64,000 bases of DNA, taken from NCBI GenBank assembly GCA_001949185.1, contig BDGG01000003.1, positions 438,679 to 502,678 on the forward strand, given 5' to 3'. Position numbers and translations under genes: made by a program. Source of the stretch: Ramazzottius varieornatus (lineage: Eukaryota; Animalia; Tardigrada). The notes under the pieces were generated by a model. It was given only the letters and a program-made list of their open reading frames with translations. It was not told where the DNA came from and searched no databases. Of this stretch, positions 1-11,926 are shown one piece after another (positions within the stretch are counted from its first letter, which is position 1; the number at the start of each line of letters is the position of its first letter).

Positions 1-881
1 GGAACATCGGATAATATAACCCACCATGTGCTTACTAGAGACATTTAGCTTTATCGATTCTAGAAGTAATTTGAAATTCGGATTATTCCTGTGTCTGTCT
101 GTGAGACAGAAAAGCAGAGGATGCGAATGTTTCCTTGCAGTGTTGCCATCTGTGAGCACGGTTCGGCTGATTTCTTGACGGATTCTAGAGCAACATTCTC
201 GTGGCCAGATGGTTCCAACCAGAGAGCCAACATCGCCCTGGATGGGCGAACTCAGTAACATCGAGAACACAAGCTTCACTAGCCGAGGTGTCGTCGTCGA
301 ATAATGGCCGACCTCGGAAGAAACCCGCCAAGAGCGGAAAGTTAGCAATCCTGTCAGTGCAATGCGGTAGAATTAATTCCGGTGGACGGGCATACGCCTA
401 ATTTGCCCCCGACATAGGTACCAAGTTGCAGACAACGGCCACCAGCGGCAACCGGTAGCTGGAGCATGAGTCTCACTTTACTGTGGTCGATATCATGCTC
501 TAAGGAAATTCGTCCAAACTGCCGTGCAAGAGCAAGGATCCCCAAGTTCCCTTCTGGGGTTCTTGCCGTTGACCGCTTTGTGCAACCTTAGTACAGTACT
601 TTTGTCGTGGGGAATATAGATTCGTCCTCTCAGAGCGCCGGCTGCGGAACAGGAGACGGTCGATTTGCACGTTTCCGGAAAGAGCTCTGTCGCTCCTGTA
701 GAGACGAGAGAGGCATGAGGTCTTGTCCAACACTTACTGTTCCTCGAGCCTCCATGGAGCAACGGAAACATGTACTAAAGGAGAAGGTATACAAATGGTC
801 AGAAACACGAAGAGTGCACCGTGATCTGCCGTCAGTGCACTGTAAGCGAATCGCGGGCAAAAGAACCTTCCGGTTTAGTCG

Positions 882-1666
882 CTATCTACGAAACCGCCCG
901 AAACCGCAAGAGATCATATGATATCTCCCAGAAGAGGATAGTTTGACGCAACCTTTGGATAAAAGTTCAACATGGTCATCCAGGGAAAGACCGCGAGCGA
1001 GCCCCAGAGAGCCGATGCCATCATTGCTCTGACTAGGTTTTCTTTTATGATGTCCAGTCCTTGCACGAATGTTTGTTTTTTTAGCGGAGGGACAACGGGA
1101 TTTTTCTATGTATGCCCCCTTTTCAGAAAGTACACTGAGACTATCGGTATCGAAAGAGCACATATTATGATGATAAGGACAACTAACTACATCAATATCC
1201 AAAACTGTCCGGTAGCGGAAGTGACAGGTGGTAAATAATAACCCGCTCGAGCTTCCTCGAAGTACGATCCAATGCCAGATACTGTAAACGAAGTCACACT
1301 GATCCCGTTTAGCCACTAGAAGCAACAAAGCAACCCGCTGGCATTGATGCAACGAATATCTACCTGTGCGGGTAGCAAACAGCAGCCAGCCGATTTAGTC
1401 CGAAGATTACCTCTGACCACCGAGTCACTACTCAGAACAGGAAATACATAGGCACACGAGGTGCACGATCTGCACAGGTTGAAGTATGCGACGACAACGT
1501 TGCGCGCTGGACCCACTGTCATTGTCCGGAAAGCTGACGCTGCAATGTTCATGATCACTAACCAAGTCCCAAGGCGGATGGTGCTACCTAGTCGAATGAT
1601 CACGAATGCATGAGTTTCTGCCATACCGACCACGATAACCAAAGATCGAACAGCCAAGTTCATGAT
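882..1666 (-). pseudogene. Possible decayed single-exon GPCR-like (multi-TM) pseudogene
   Basis: Minus-strand frames give successive hydrophobic segments broken by stops and frameshifts: IMNLAVRSLVIVVGMAETHAFVII, WLVIMNIAASAF, FWILM*LVVLIIIICALSIPIVSVYFLK, VRAMMASALWGSLAVFPWMTML, YPLLGDII*SLAV. No diagnostic DRY or NPxxY motif recognised. Confidence 0.3.
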
Positions 1667-2221
1667 GTCGCCCTTTGCATGAGCGAGTGTTGATAACGCA
1701 CCACCGGTTGCAGATTTAGAAACGAGACTGCTGACGTCATGATACGCGAGTAACAGCACTCTATGATGCCGTCAACGATCGCATTCTCACACGTGTGCGC
1801 GTATGACCCACAGGGGAGGTGCGACACAGTTCAAACCGATATGCACATTCTCGCCGGAGTTCCAAAGTTCTACACAAAGCGCGAAGTGAAAAGCAGTGTT
1901 GTTCCAATACGAAAGCGGAACTAAGGTCGGTTTCACAACAGGGAGGGGAGCACTCTTGTACAGAGAAATTTCTGAGCCGTTGATTAGTGAATTGAAGAAA
2001 ACTGTCAGAATTTACTATGTACTGGTGATCGAAAAGCTGTTCGCAAACCGGTGGTTTATGTGGTTCGGTTTAAATGGTCTGGTTTGGAGTTTAGACCAGA
2101 ACACTTTTGGTGGTTTGCGGGAGGAACCATTTTCATTTAACCGGTCTGGCATGCAAACCACCACTTATACCAAACCAAACCATATGGTTCAAACCATTAA
2201 CAGCTCTAGTGGGTGTCTTAA

Positions 2222-3081
2222 CACTCTGAACACGAAGCAATTTCGTACCTGCAGAATACGAAGGGTACAACTGAGTTTCGCACGTTTTTAACTGGTTGCA
2301 AAATGAAAGAGGCAGAGACCGGCCAATCACCGTGCACCCACATGAAGCCGCGAGCGATACCTTACTAAACTACCGTTATATGGTGCCACATGACCCGGGT
2401 GCAGCTTCAGCCAGTTTATTTGAAATCACTTCCATTTGCCATTATTCACACTTCACTTGGACGTCTTCTTGCTACAATCTAGACAGAGAACGGTTTGCTT
2501 TGTATTTCTATGTCCAGCACAAACATGGGCAGTGACAGCGACTCACTTTATACGCGTGCATTTACCCTCTTGTCATTTTGCATTCAACCCATTTGTCATT
2601 TTTACAGCGCTGAAAATTGTTTGTCAACTCAGTGCAAAAAGCGCTGCGAAACTCATTTGGTAGCAGTGACAGCGCCACCAGTAGTCGTCCCGTCAGTGAC
2701 GTCACAGGATGCGCTACGTAATGAATCGATACAAAAAACTTCCGATTTTTCTGCTGACCACAGGACAGTCACCGCAACGACACAAAAATTTCTGTTCTGG
2801 AAGCAATCATGCCACGAATGTTGTAAATTACTTTCGGACTGTTTCCGCACGTGGTGAGTCTGTAGCGTGCTCTTTATCTGATAATCGCGATTGGTCTACA
2901 GATCTTCTTTCAATTTTAATTTATGCGTAGCTGTTAGCCATCGGTTACCAGATGTGTTCCACAAAGATACTGATGCTTGAAGCAAACCAAAAATATGGGC
3001 CAGATAACTTGGATGAGAAATTTTCCACAACTCAGTTACTGTACGGTGCGAAAGTGAGTTGTACCCTCCGTGTTCAGAGTG
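2222..3081. mobile_element. Non-autonomous piggyBac-type element, complete copy (860 bp)
   Basis: TTAA on both sides (2218-2221, 3082-3085). 13-bp TIR CACTCTGAACACG plus a subterminal IR AGGGTACAACT..TTTCGCAC spaced asymmetrically. Near-identical copy at 10504. No transposase ORF. Confidence 0.85.
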
Positions 3082-3287
3082 TTAAGAACTCATAGCAGAA
3101 GACCGGTGTAATAATTCTGGCACTTCCCGCGCCTCATACCCGTCACCGGCGGGTGTGATGTTGCTTTCTTTATGGACTTCGTGGGCTTCCCCTAAATACA
3201 GAAATACTTCACGATACTGAACACCCGAAACCCGACATCAGTTCTACCGACCACTACCAAAATCCGATAGCACTTCCACACTATTGT

Positions 3288-4154
3288 TTAGCAACAAGAT
3301 CTGGACTTAGGGGTTGGGATATCTTGAAAGTCTTCCAAACGAACAGATTTGACGATCTCCCATTCGTCGTCTGGGTTATCAGCCCTGTATTCGACCTCTC
3401 TTTTGTAAACTTTTTCCAGGATGGTTACAAACGCCAGCGTAACGTTTGACGAGGTCTTTCCAGATGTCTCAATGTAGCCTAGTCCGTTCTTCGCTGCAAA
3501 TATACCATGTTTATATTCTGCATTGTTATTATTGTCTGAAGGTCTCGCCGGGGAATAACTCTCGGGTCTCGCATAAATGAAGAAGCACCGGATAACTTTC
3601 GAAAGTTCAATGCAATTTTAGCTGTAGTATGATAAATTCGTGATTGAATTGGGGGATGGATAGAACTCTTATCTTCGATCGGAGGTGGTCGATCGTGGTC
3701 ATTTACCTGCATAGCTTTGCGCTATGGAAGTTGAAATCCTGCGATTCGTTATGTCGTCGTTCTTATTGCCAACGAGAAGGACTGGAACGTCAGGGTCGAC
3801 AAATCGACTTATTTCACTGCGCCAGCCGTCCAGACTATCAAAACTAGACTTGTCGCAGAGGTCGAAGAAGAGGATAATACCAGACGCACCCTGATAGTAA
3901 GATTGGGGCAGACATCGTAGTTTTTCTTGCCCAGCTGTATCCCAGATTTGGGCCCGAATGGTTTCCCCATCAATGCTGCTGGAACAGTTAGCGAAGTCCA
4001 CGCCAATGGTCACGCGTGCGTCGGGGTGGAATTCATCCTTGGCCAACCGTAACACAAAGCCGCTTTTCCCAACTCCGGAGTCACCAACAATGACAAGCTT
4101 GAATTCTTTCGGATATACGTCTCCGTAACCTCTCTTGGTTTGAGGTAATGCCAT
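3288..4154 (-). CDS. Rab-family GTPase, divergent Rab11-like; 2 exons (4154-3707, 3493-3288)
   Basis: G1 GDSGVGKS, switch I TIGVDFA, WDTAGQE, GNKND. Exon 2 (absent from the ORF track) gives YIETSGK and ends KSRSCC* (di-Cys prenylation signal). GT-AG intron in phase. Confidence 0.93.
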
Positions 4155-4998
4155 GAGGAAAAGGATGTGCTTGTGAGCTTACATTTGGCCGAAACAGCTG
4201 TTGTACAGTAGTAACTGTGCATACGAGTACTCGCAATGCGATTTGATCCTGACTTCCTAATGCTACAACGAATGGTCGAACATTTTTCATCGCTGGAGCT
4301 AACGCTTCTTATCTACTGTAACAACCGGATATCCGCTTTGCCAACGTGGGCAAGCAGTTTCAAAATGTTTGCAGTGCAACTTTTAATGGATATTTCGCCT
4401 TCGCCGAGCCGCTGCAATTTACCGCCAGTTCAGTTTAGGTACAACAGTGCTTCGAGGTGCACGACTGCAACTATCATACGAGGTAAACTTCACAATTCGG
4501 GCGGACCAGTTTTACCATGATAATTCGGGCGGTCTGTATGTCAGCTCCTTCTGCTTCAAATCGCCCAAGCTCCGTTTCATGAGCACCGTACTTTCGAATA
4601 TCGTCTCTTTGAGTTCAAAGAAGATTTTAATCGAGCTGGAACCTTTTCTGCGACTATATTTGTTCATCAGAGCTATCAGATGGCCGCTGCAGAAAGTTGG
4701 GATCTGCGCTTGGTCATTCCGCTACCGTGGAAGATCAGCTGAGAAGATCTCTGCTTCCCGACAGAATGTGAAATGTTTTGCGATCAGACAATCAACGACT
4801 GTAGCCATGGTCAAAGTGGCTGAAACGTCGTTACTGTAGCACCGACATCCATTGATTGTCTGATTACGAATTATTCCTCGTTCTGATTTAGAACACGCGT
4901 TGATTGACGGACCAGCCGGACACTTAGACCCCGGGCTCAGTTTACGCGTACGAGCTCGTACCAGGGCCACACTGAGGGGAAGCAAAGATCTTATCAGC

Positions 4999-5053
4999 TG
5001 ATCTTCCCCGGTAGCGGGATGACCAAGAGCTGACCTAACTTTCTCCAACGGCC
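4999..5053. repeat. Diverged fragment of the long-TIR element family at 22752-23338
   Basis: tgatcttccccggtagcgggatgaccaagagctgacctaactttctccaacggcca matches 23167-23223 and 44169-44221 with several mismatches. Confidence 0.7.
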
Positions 5054-5815
5054 ATTCGATAGCTCCGATGGACAAATATAGTCACAGAAAAGGTCCCAGC
5101 TCGATTGGATATTCAAAAGTATGGTACTCATGAAAGGGAGCTTAGGTTTCGTTCCCGGGCTAGAACAGACACTGTTCTTTCTCTCATGAAGGGCCCAGAG
5201 ATAGGAAGATGTCACAGAGCTGAGGAGCCAGCGACGGAAGGAAGAGGGGTCTGCTCAATGTTGAAAAGCCTAGAGTTGTATCAACCGATGTACAATGATC
5301 AATCAATACAGCATAACGTATCAGCTTTTCCCGCCGCTCGAATTATGATGGGAAAATTGGCCTGCCCTACTTGTGAAGTTTACCTCGTGTTTGTTATCGT
5401 ACTGGAGTCCAACAGTGATAAGGTGACTGAGTTGCAAGTTTGACAATTTCCTGGTTATTCGCCACCATCTTTTTGCAAGGTGAAATAATCGATCTGCACT
5501 TCGGAATATTCTAAAGTTCAGTTCCCGCTTGCATTGGAGAAAAGCTCTGCCGAGACCTGCAGTTCGCTGGCGTTTCCCACTCGTTCGCGAGGATTATCTG
5601 TGTGGAGAATTGATTGATAGGGTTGATTGGTTCCGATTGAGTTGGCCACTGTTAGTACGATGTGCGAACTGCGAAAGTACGAAGCCAGACAATCCTTCTT
5701 GATCTTTGCTTCGATCTGAAAACTGTCTCCTTCTTGATCAAACCTATCGCTTGAATTTTGGGGTCGCTAGCGCCGAAGATTTTGCAAGCTGTGTAAACGA
5801 AATACAGCTACGGCG

Positions 5816-8406
5816 ATGGCTGACTTCACGTCGGATGGATTCTGCCTGAACGACAACAAGGCTGGACTGTCACAGATGGAGGGACATTCCAAGGAGGATA
5901 TCGCCAAGATCCTGACGAAGAACTCTGAAGGCTCCAAGTTTTACCAGAATAAGAAGCAACGTCACCAGGCTACAGAACAGCGTATCGCGCAGAAGAAGAA
6001 AATTCTGGAGGAAGCTTCGCCAGCTGATTACAACGACGCTCTCAGAAAGGTAAGCTAAATCACTAACCTACATACAAAAGCCATGCTGGCTTGTTTGCCA
6101 CTTGTATGCAGGTCCGCGATAGCTTGAGTATGCGTTGGTCTGGCTGCTCACGCACTTGCATCCGTTTGACCGTTCATCTGACCTGCTGGATGTGTATGCA
6201 TATGTGTGTCTCCGTTGCTGTATCGTGTTTTCTGTCTTTTCAGACGGACAAGATGCTTTCGAACCTGGAAGCTTCTCGCGATCTTTCCCATACTATCGTC
6301 CACGTTGATATGGACATGTTCTACGCTGCGGTGGAAATGCGGGATGCCCCTCATTTAAAAGACAAACCTGTGGCAGTCGGAGGCAATTGTAAATAAAAAA
6401 ATCCTCTTTTTCAGGAAGATGATTCGCCGAAGTTTTGCCTGGGTAATGTGGGTGTATTTTCCAGCCATGCTTTCGACGTCGAACTACGTTGCACGGAAAT
6501 TTGGAGTACGAGCTGCCCAGCCGGGCTTCCTCGCCAAGAAACTCTGTCCCAACCTGATCATCGTCCCCTGTAACTTTCCCAAGTACCGCGCAGTAGCGGC
6601 CATCGTCCGTGGCGTCTTTGCCGAGTACGACCCTAACTACGCCTCGGCTTCGCTGGACGAAGCTTACCTGGACATCACAGAACACCTGAAAGTGCGAGCC
6701 GATCGCACGGAGGAAGAAAGAACGTTGTGGCGATGCGACTGTGAATACTGGCGGTCGTTGGACGCCGACTGGAAACCTTCTGCCACTCAAGAGACCGAAC
6801 CGACTTCTTCTGAAAACAACCAAGAAACTTGCCCGGAATGCGGAAGGGTAGCGGAGAGCATAGTAACGGGTACTGATGCGGAAGGTGCAGTACTGGAGTT
6901 GAGGACGAAGGTGTTCAGAAGGACGGCTTTAACTTGCAGTGCAGGTATCGCTCCGAATTCAAAGTATGTCATGCCTAACTTCTGGTTTCCGCCTTCCGGT
7001 TTTATTGACTGCAATAACTGTTTATTCGTAGGCTGGCAAAAATTTGTACGGATAGAAATAAGCCCAATGGTCAGTATCAACTTCCCCCAAACAAGGAAGC
7101 TGTACTGGAATTCGTAAAGGACCTTCCTGTTCGCAAGGTAAGAACTTTCCGGTGGGACTTTCGAGATATTGTTAAACAATTTCGTGCTCAGTGGATTGAT
7201 TGTCAATGAAGTAGCCAAAGTTTGTTGCCCAGATTCCAGGCATCGGAGCGACCACCGAAGAAACTCTTCGAGCACTGGGTGTTCAGACATGTTCTGACAT
7301 CCACAAGCATCGCGCCTCTCTGGTAAGTTTAATGGAAAAATTTTGTTTTCAGTTGGTTTTGCTGTGGTGGTGACCCACAAGGCCTTTTTTCTATCGTTCT
7401 CACTGATTGAGTTTCAAAAGAGTTTGCTTCGCAGGCACTGGTCTTTTCGGATCTTTCGACCGAATACTTTATGCGAGTCTCTCTCGGAATAGGCTGTACA
7501 ACCATCAGCAATGATGAAGAAAGGAAAAGCATCAGTAACGAAAGGTACGCTTTACTTCCGTCCCCCATCACCGTGTAGGTGAAGCTATTTCGCCCTCTGT
7601 CTCAGGACATTTCGTGATATGTGGAAACCGGAAGAGCTGTATGCAAAACTGAAAGAGCTTTCGGACGACTTGGCTGAATCCATGGAAGATGAGAACATTT
7701 GTGTAGGTCCACGGAATATTTTTTGTCAGTTTTTATCGCTTTCGGAGCGGACTTTCCAAGCGAGCAGTATTGTCCATAGGGCAAAACCGTGTCGATAAAG
7801 ATCAAGTTGGTGACATTTGAAGTACGCACCCGAGCGCAGACTGTTCCGAGGCTGATCCACCAGACAGAAGATATCTACCCCGTCGCCAAGAAGCTTCTTG
7901 ACCACGAGATCAAAGAAGCCAAGGGAAAGTTGGAACTTCGGCTGATGGGTGTCCGCATGTCACAACTTCAACCCCTGTCCGCATTAGAAGACTCGCATCA
8001 ACCTACACTGTCGAAATTCCTGGTGCGATCTCCAGCGAAGAATGGACCATCGACTTCCAGGAACAGTCTTGTAAAACTCCATAGCGACGAAGAAAATGCC
8101 TTACCCCGAAAAACCGACGAACTGTCGAAGAACGATGGTGTGATAGCTGAATGTCCGAACTGCGGAAAGATGGTAGAGTCAGACAAAGAGTTTGTCAAGT
8201 TTAACACACACATTGATGAATGTCTGAATCAGCCTCTTCTCAGTACAGAAATGAAGGTTAGCTCAACGGGCAGTGAGGCGGTTTCTTCGGGTAAGAGGAA
8301 ACTGCGGCTGGACGATGCGAATGCTACGAGGGCTGCCGCGAAGCCTAAGCTGAAGGCTCGGTCAGAGGCTACGAAAAAAATTACTGACTACTTGAAACCA
8401 TCTTGA
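5816..8406 (+). CDS. POLK: DNA polymerase kappa (Y-family), 8 exons
   Basis: N-clasp LNDNKAGL...[100 protein letters not shown]-like CPNC...HIDEC, and a C-terminal PIP-like KKITDYLK. All introns GT-AG. Confidence 0.96.
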
Positions 8407-9443
8407 CAGACTGTTGGCTGCGGAGCGTCGCGGCCTCCCTCTTCACGCTCGCATGGTTTTATCCCGAATTCTTTGAATGTTCGGTTATGCTTCTGTGATA
8501 CAGCAACTTGACAAAGCGTGGTCTCGTTGATTTATATTTCAGAGTAGCTAATTATTGCCACTTGATTTAGCGAACATGATCACAGTCAAGTAATCACTGC
8601 TCAGTAGATTGATGAGATACTATATATATTTCCTTTTTATAACGCGGAAGATGGACTAATGGTGGGCGGAAGAGCGGCAGACGGGCGGGTCGATGTACGT
8701 CTAGACATATAACTCTGGTTCCGTTGTCGGCGCGTTCCCAACCCGAAAGAAGTGCTCTCCCAGACGATGGACATTTCGTCGTCCTTATCTGGTCTGAACT
8801 TCCGTAAATCCACAGGAATATCAGCTGACTTTGTTGGTGAAATTAGTAGCTAGAACGTTATGCGTTCAATATTGCCTGGCGAAATGAGCTTTTTATCGGT
8901 TTGCATGCTATCTGGGCAACAGAGAGGAACCTGTCGATGACTTTAAATAGATAGAAGCCGCCAACTGCGTTCGGAACGAAATTGTAACGGTAACAGCGAT
9001 CCACGGCAAGCTTGACACACAGTTCCACAGTGTCGATGCCATCATTGCTGGAACAAGTTGTCTTTCTTGATGTCTCGTTTACTTCTCAAAGGTAGTTGAA
9101 GACTGTGGAGGTACTGCACCACTTGGTATCCGCCATGCGGGAATGTTAATGATAAAACCCAATCTGAATCTTTTATCCATTCCTTCATGTGGAGTTTTTG
9201 AAAACATGAGAAAAGCGCCTCTTCCTGCTCAGTTCTTTGTTCAAGCTAATAGTACAGACTTTACAATTATTTTGATACCAAGAAAGAATAGACATGTCGC
9301 AAACAGATGCCTCGACGTGGATGGATTTCCGTAAGATTTCTGCCATTTTAGGAAAAAATCAGTCAACTGACTCCATATTGACGGTGGCACTCTGACGTCA
9401 CAGCTAGAAATCAGCCTAGTGACGTATGCAGCAACTTCACAAG

Positions 9444-9778
9444 GGATTAATGCAGTGCAACGCCTCTGACCCACAAACTAGGATCACTGGTGGATAGAAC
9501 AGAGTTTCTTTCGTCATCGAGTCAATAACCTAGACGCATTGCCCTTCCGGGAATAAACTAGAGGACGCGGAAGTGACGAAATTTTAGCCGCTTTATAATG
9601 GACCCGATGATTGATTGCGCTGATTGCGCCATATTTTCGTCTCTTCCGTGTCCTGGAATTTATTCCCGGAACGGCAATGGGTCTACCGTAGGTAATTGGC
9701 TCAGACGATGAAGAAAACTCTCTTCTATCCATCAACGATCCTAGTTTGTGGGTCAGAGGCGGCGTATTGCGTTAATCC
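9444..9778. mobile_element. Foldback/MITE-like imperfect palindrome (~150-bp arms)
   Basis: Left arm ggattaatgc...gcctctgacccacaaactaggatc...ttccgggaataaa is reverse-complemented in 9630-9778, leaving a short central loop. Confidence 0.8.
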
Positions 9779-10503
9779 ACTCATCAGGAAACAGCAAAGT
9801 GACGTATGTTAAGTAACACAGGTTCGACTGTACGGATCAGAAGGTAAGAAGCAACTGGTCAAAGCAATGGTTTCACCGTCTGTTTGGTGCTTTGTATAAT
9901 CGTGGAGCACCCTTACCCTTTGTCCCGTATATCGAACACTCTTAGTGGTGAGAGTTGTTTGCGGTCGTTAGCGGCTTCGCAGTATTCATAAATCCGGTCA
10001 GTTAGCCCGCTCTTCACCTAGGAGATTTTCTCAATTATTTTTCTGGTATGAGTTACTTCCAGAGGCAATTTTCTGTTCACGAATAATCTTTGTGAGGTTC
10101 TACGGAGATACCAACGTGAAAAACTGTGCTCTGCTGCGAAATGCCGTTTACCCGCAAGCTCTGCGTGCCGCAGCCCAACCCGCTGGCTCTTCAAAGCGTG
10201 AGACTGCGCCTGGGTGCCATCTCATTCGCGCAAGACGGGCAACCGGTCTGAAGCCCCCCCCGCAAGCACCGTGAGGAGTGAGTCCGGGCAGGTGCGGAAC
10301 GTGGAACAAGATACGGGTATCGGCGGCCCAATTTGCAGCCCAACTTTTCTGATCCCGAACGACACTTTTTCGACATGAACTTATGAATGATATCGAAGGG
10401 CACCACTTGGTGAGTTTGTCGTACCTCGCCTGTGTTCCTCGAAGTCTGTTACACCAGATTGCATCAGCAGTTTAACATTGCCCTTGGGGTCCCAGAACTT
10501 TAA

Positions 10504-11338
10504 CACTCTGAACACGAAGCAATTTCGTACCTGCAGAATACGAAGGGTACAACTGAGTTTCGCACGTTTTTAACTGGTTGCAAAATGAAAGAGGCAGAGA
10601 CCGGCCAATCACCGTGCACCCACATCAAGCTGCGAGCGATACCTTACTAAACTACCGTTATGTGGCGCCACATGACCCGGGTGTAGCTTCAGCCAGTTTA
10701 TTTGAAATCATTTCCATTTACCATTATTCACACTTCACTTGGACTTCTTCTTGCTACAATCTAAACAGAGAACGGTTTGCTTTGTATTTCTATGTCCAGC
10801 ACAAACATGGGCAGTGACAGCGACTCACTTTATACGCGTGCATTTACCCTCTTGTCATTTTGCATTCAACCCATTTGTCATTTTTACAGCGCTGAAAATT
10901 GTTTGTCAACTCAGTGCAAAAAGCGCTGCGAAACTCATTTGGTAGCAGTGACAGCGCCACCAGTAGTCGTCCCGTCAGTGACGTCACAGGATGCGCTGAG
11001 TTACGAATCGATACAAAAAACTTCCGATTTTTCTGCTGACCACAGGACAGTCACCGCAACGACACAAAAATTTCTGTTCTGGAAGCAATCATGCCACGAA
11101 TGTTGTAAATTACTTTCGGACTGTTTCCGCACGTGGTGAGTCTGTAGCGCGCTATTTATCTGATAATCGCGATTGGTCTATAGATCTTCTTTCAAGTTTT
11201 TTAATCTATGCGTAGCTGATAGCCATCGGTTACCAGATGTGTTCCACAGAGATACTGTTGCTTGAAGCAAACTAAACATATGGGCCAGATAACTTGGATG
11301 AGAAATTTTCCACAACTCGATTACTGTGCGGTGCGAAA
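10504..11338. mobile_element. Second, right-truncated copy of the piggyBac-type element
   Basis: TTAA at 10500-10503 followed by a left end identical to 2222. Colinear until ~11338; the right TIR is missing. Confidence 0.88.
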
Positions 11339-11926
11339 ATGGTCCGCCGAATTTAGCGTTGATGATCCGCTGTCGCCATCATGCAGCATGTGGACTTTTG
11401 CCATTTCGGCTAAGTTGTCTGAACTATATAGAGTCCTTTTCGTAAAGGTTCACTGGTGGTCAATCCTGATTCCCGACAGCTCAACAACAGATCCACTGTG
11501 AATGTAACCTTACCTCTGCGTTATAGTAGCGCCAGAGATAAATTACAGCACCAGTCTTCAGATAACGTCGCACAATGAGCATGTAGAACGGTATCGGGGA
11601 TCAAACAGTGGCAGTTGAGATTTGCAAAATCGTTTGCTGTTCCCTTTCATGCCTAACAATGGTCAAGCAATGTCCACATGTCAGAAAAGGTGAACACATC
11701 CGCAGTTGCGGAGAGTGATCAGACTTGTCCTATCTGATATCAGCGTATTATTAGCAGCGTCGCTGTCTTATCTCGAATTACGGCCACTTTTGCAACCTCA
11801 TAAGCTCGTTAAAGTAAGAACTACACCGTCTGACGTTTCAGCAGTTTGAGGTTCGACGGGTTTCTCGACCGAAACTCTGGTTCTCGGCGGTTTACGACTG
11901 AGTATCCCACGGACTACGCTTCCGTC

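Noticed and set aside
1-870. Short overlapping ORFs at the window start
   Set aside because: No recognisable domain or consistent splice structure.
2035-2206. ggttt/aaacc-rich imperfect inverted repeat
   Set aside because: Probably a MITE relic, but termini and TSD could not be defined.
2296-2857. ORFs duplicated at 10578-11139
   Set aside because: They lie inside the repeated MITE; similarity reflects DNA duplication, and there are no transposase motifs.
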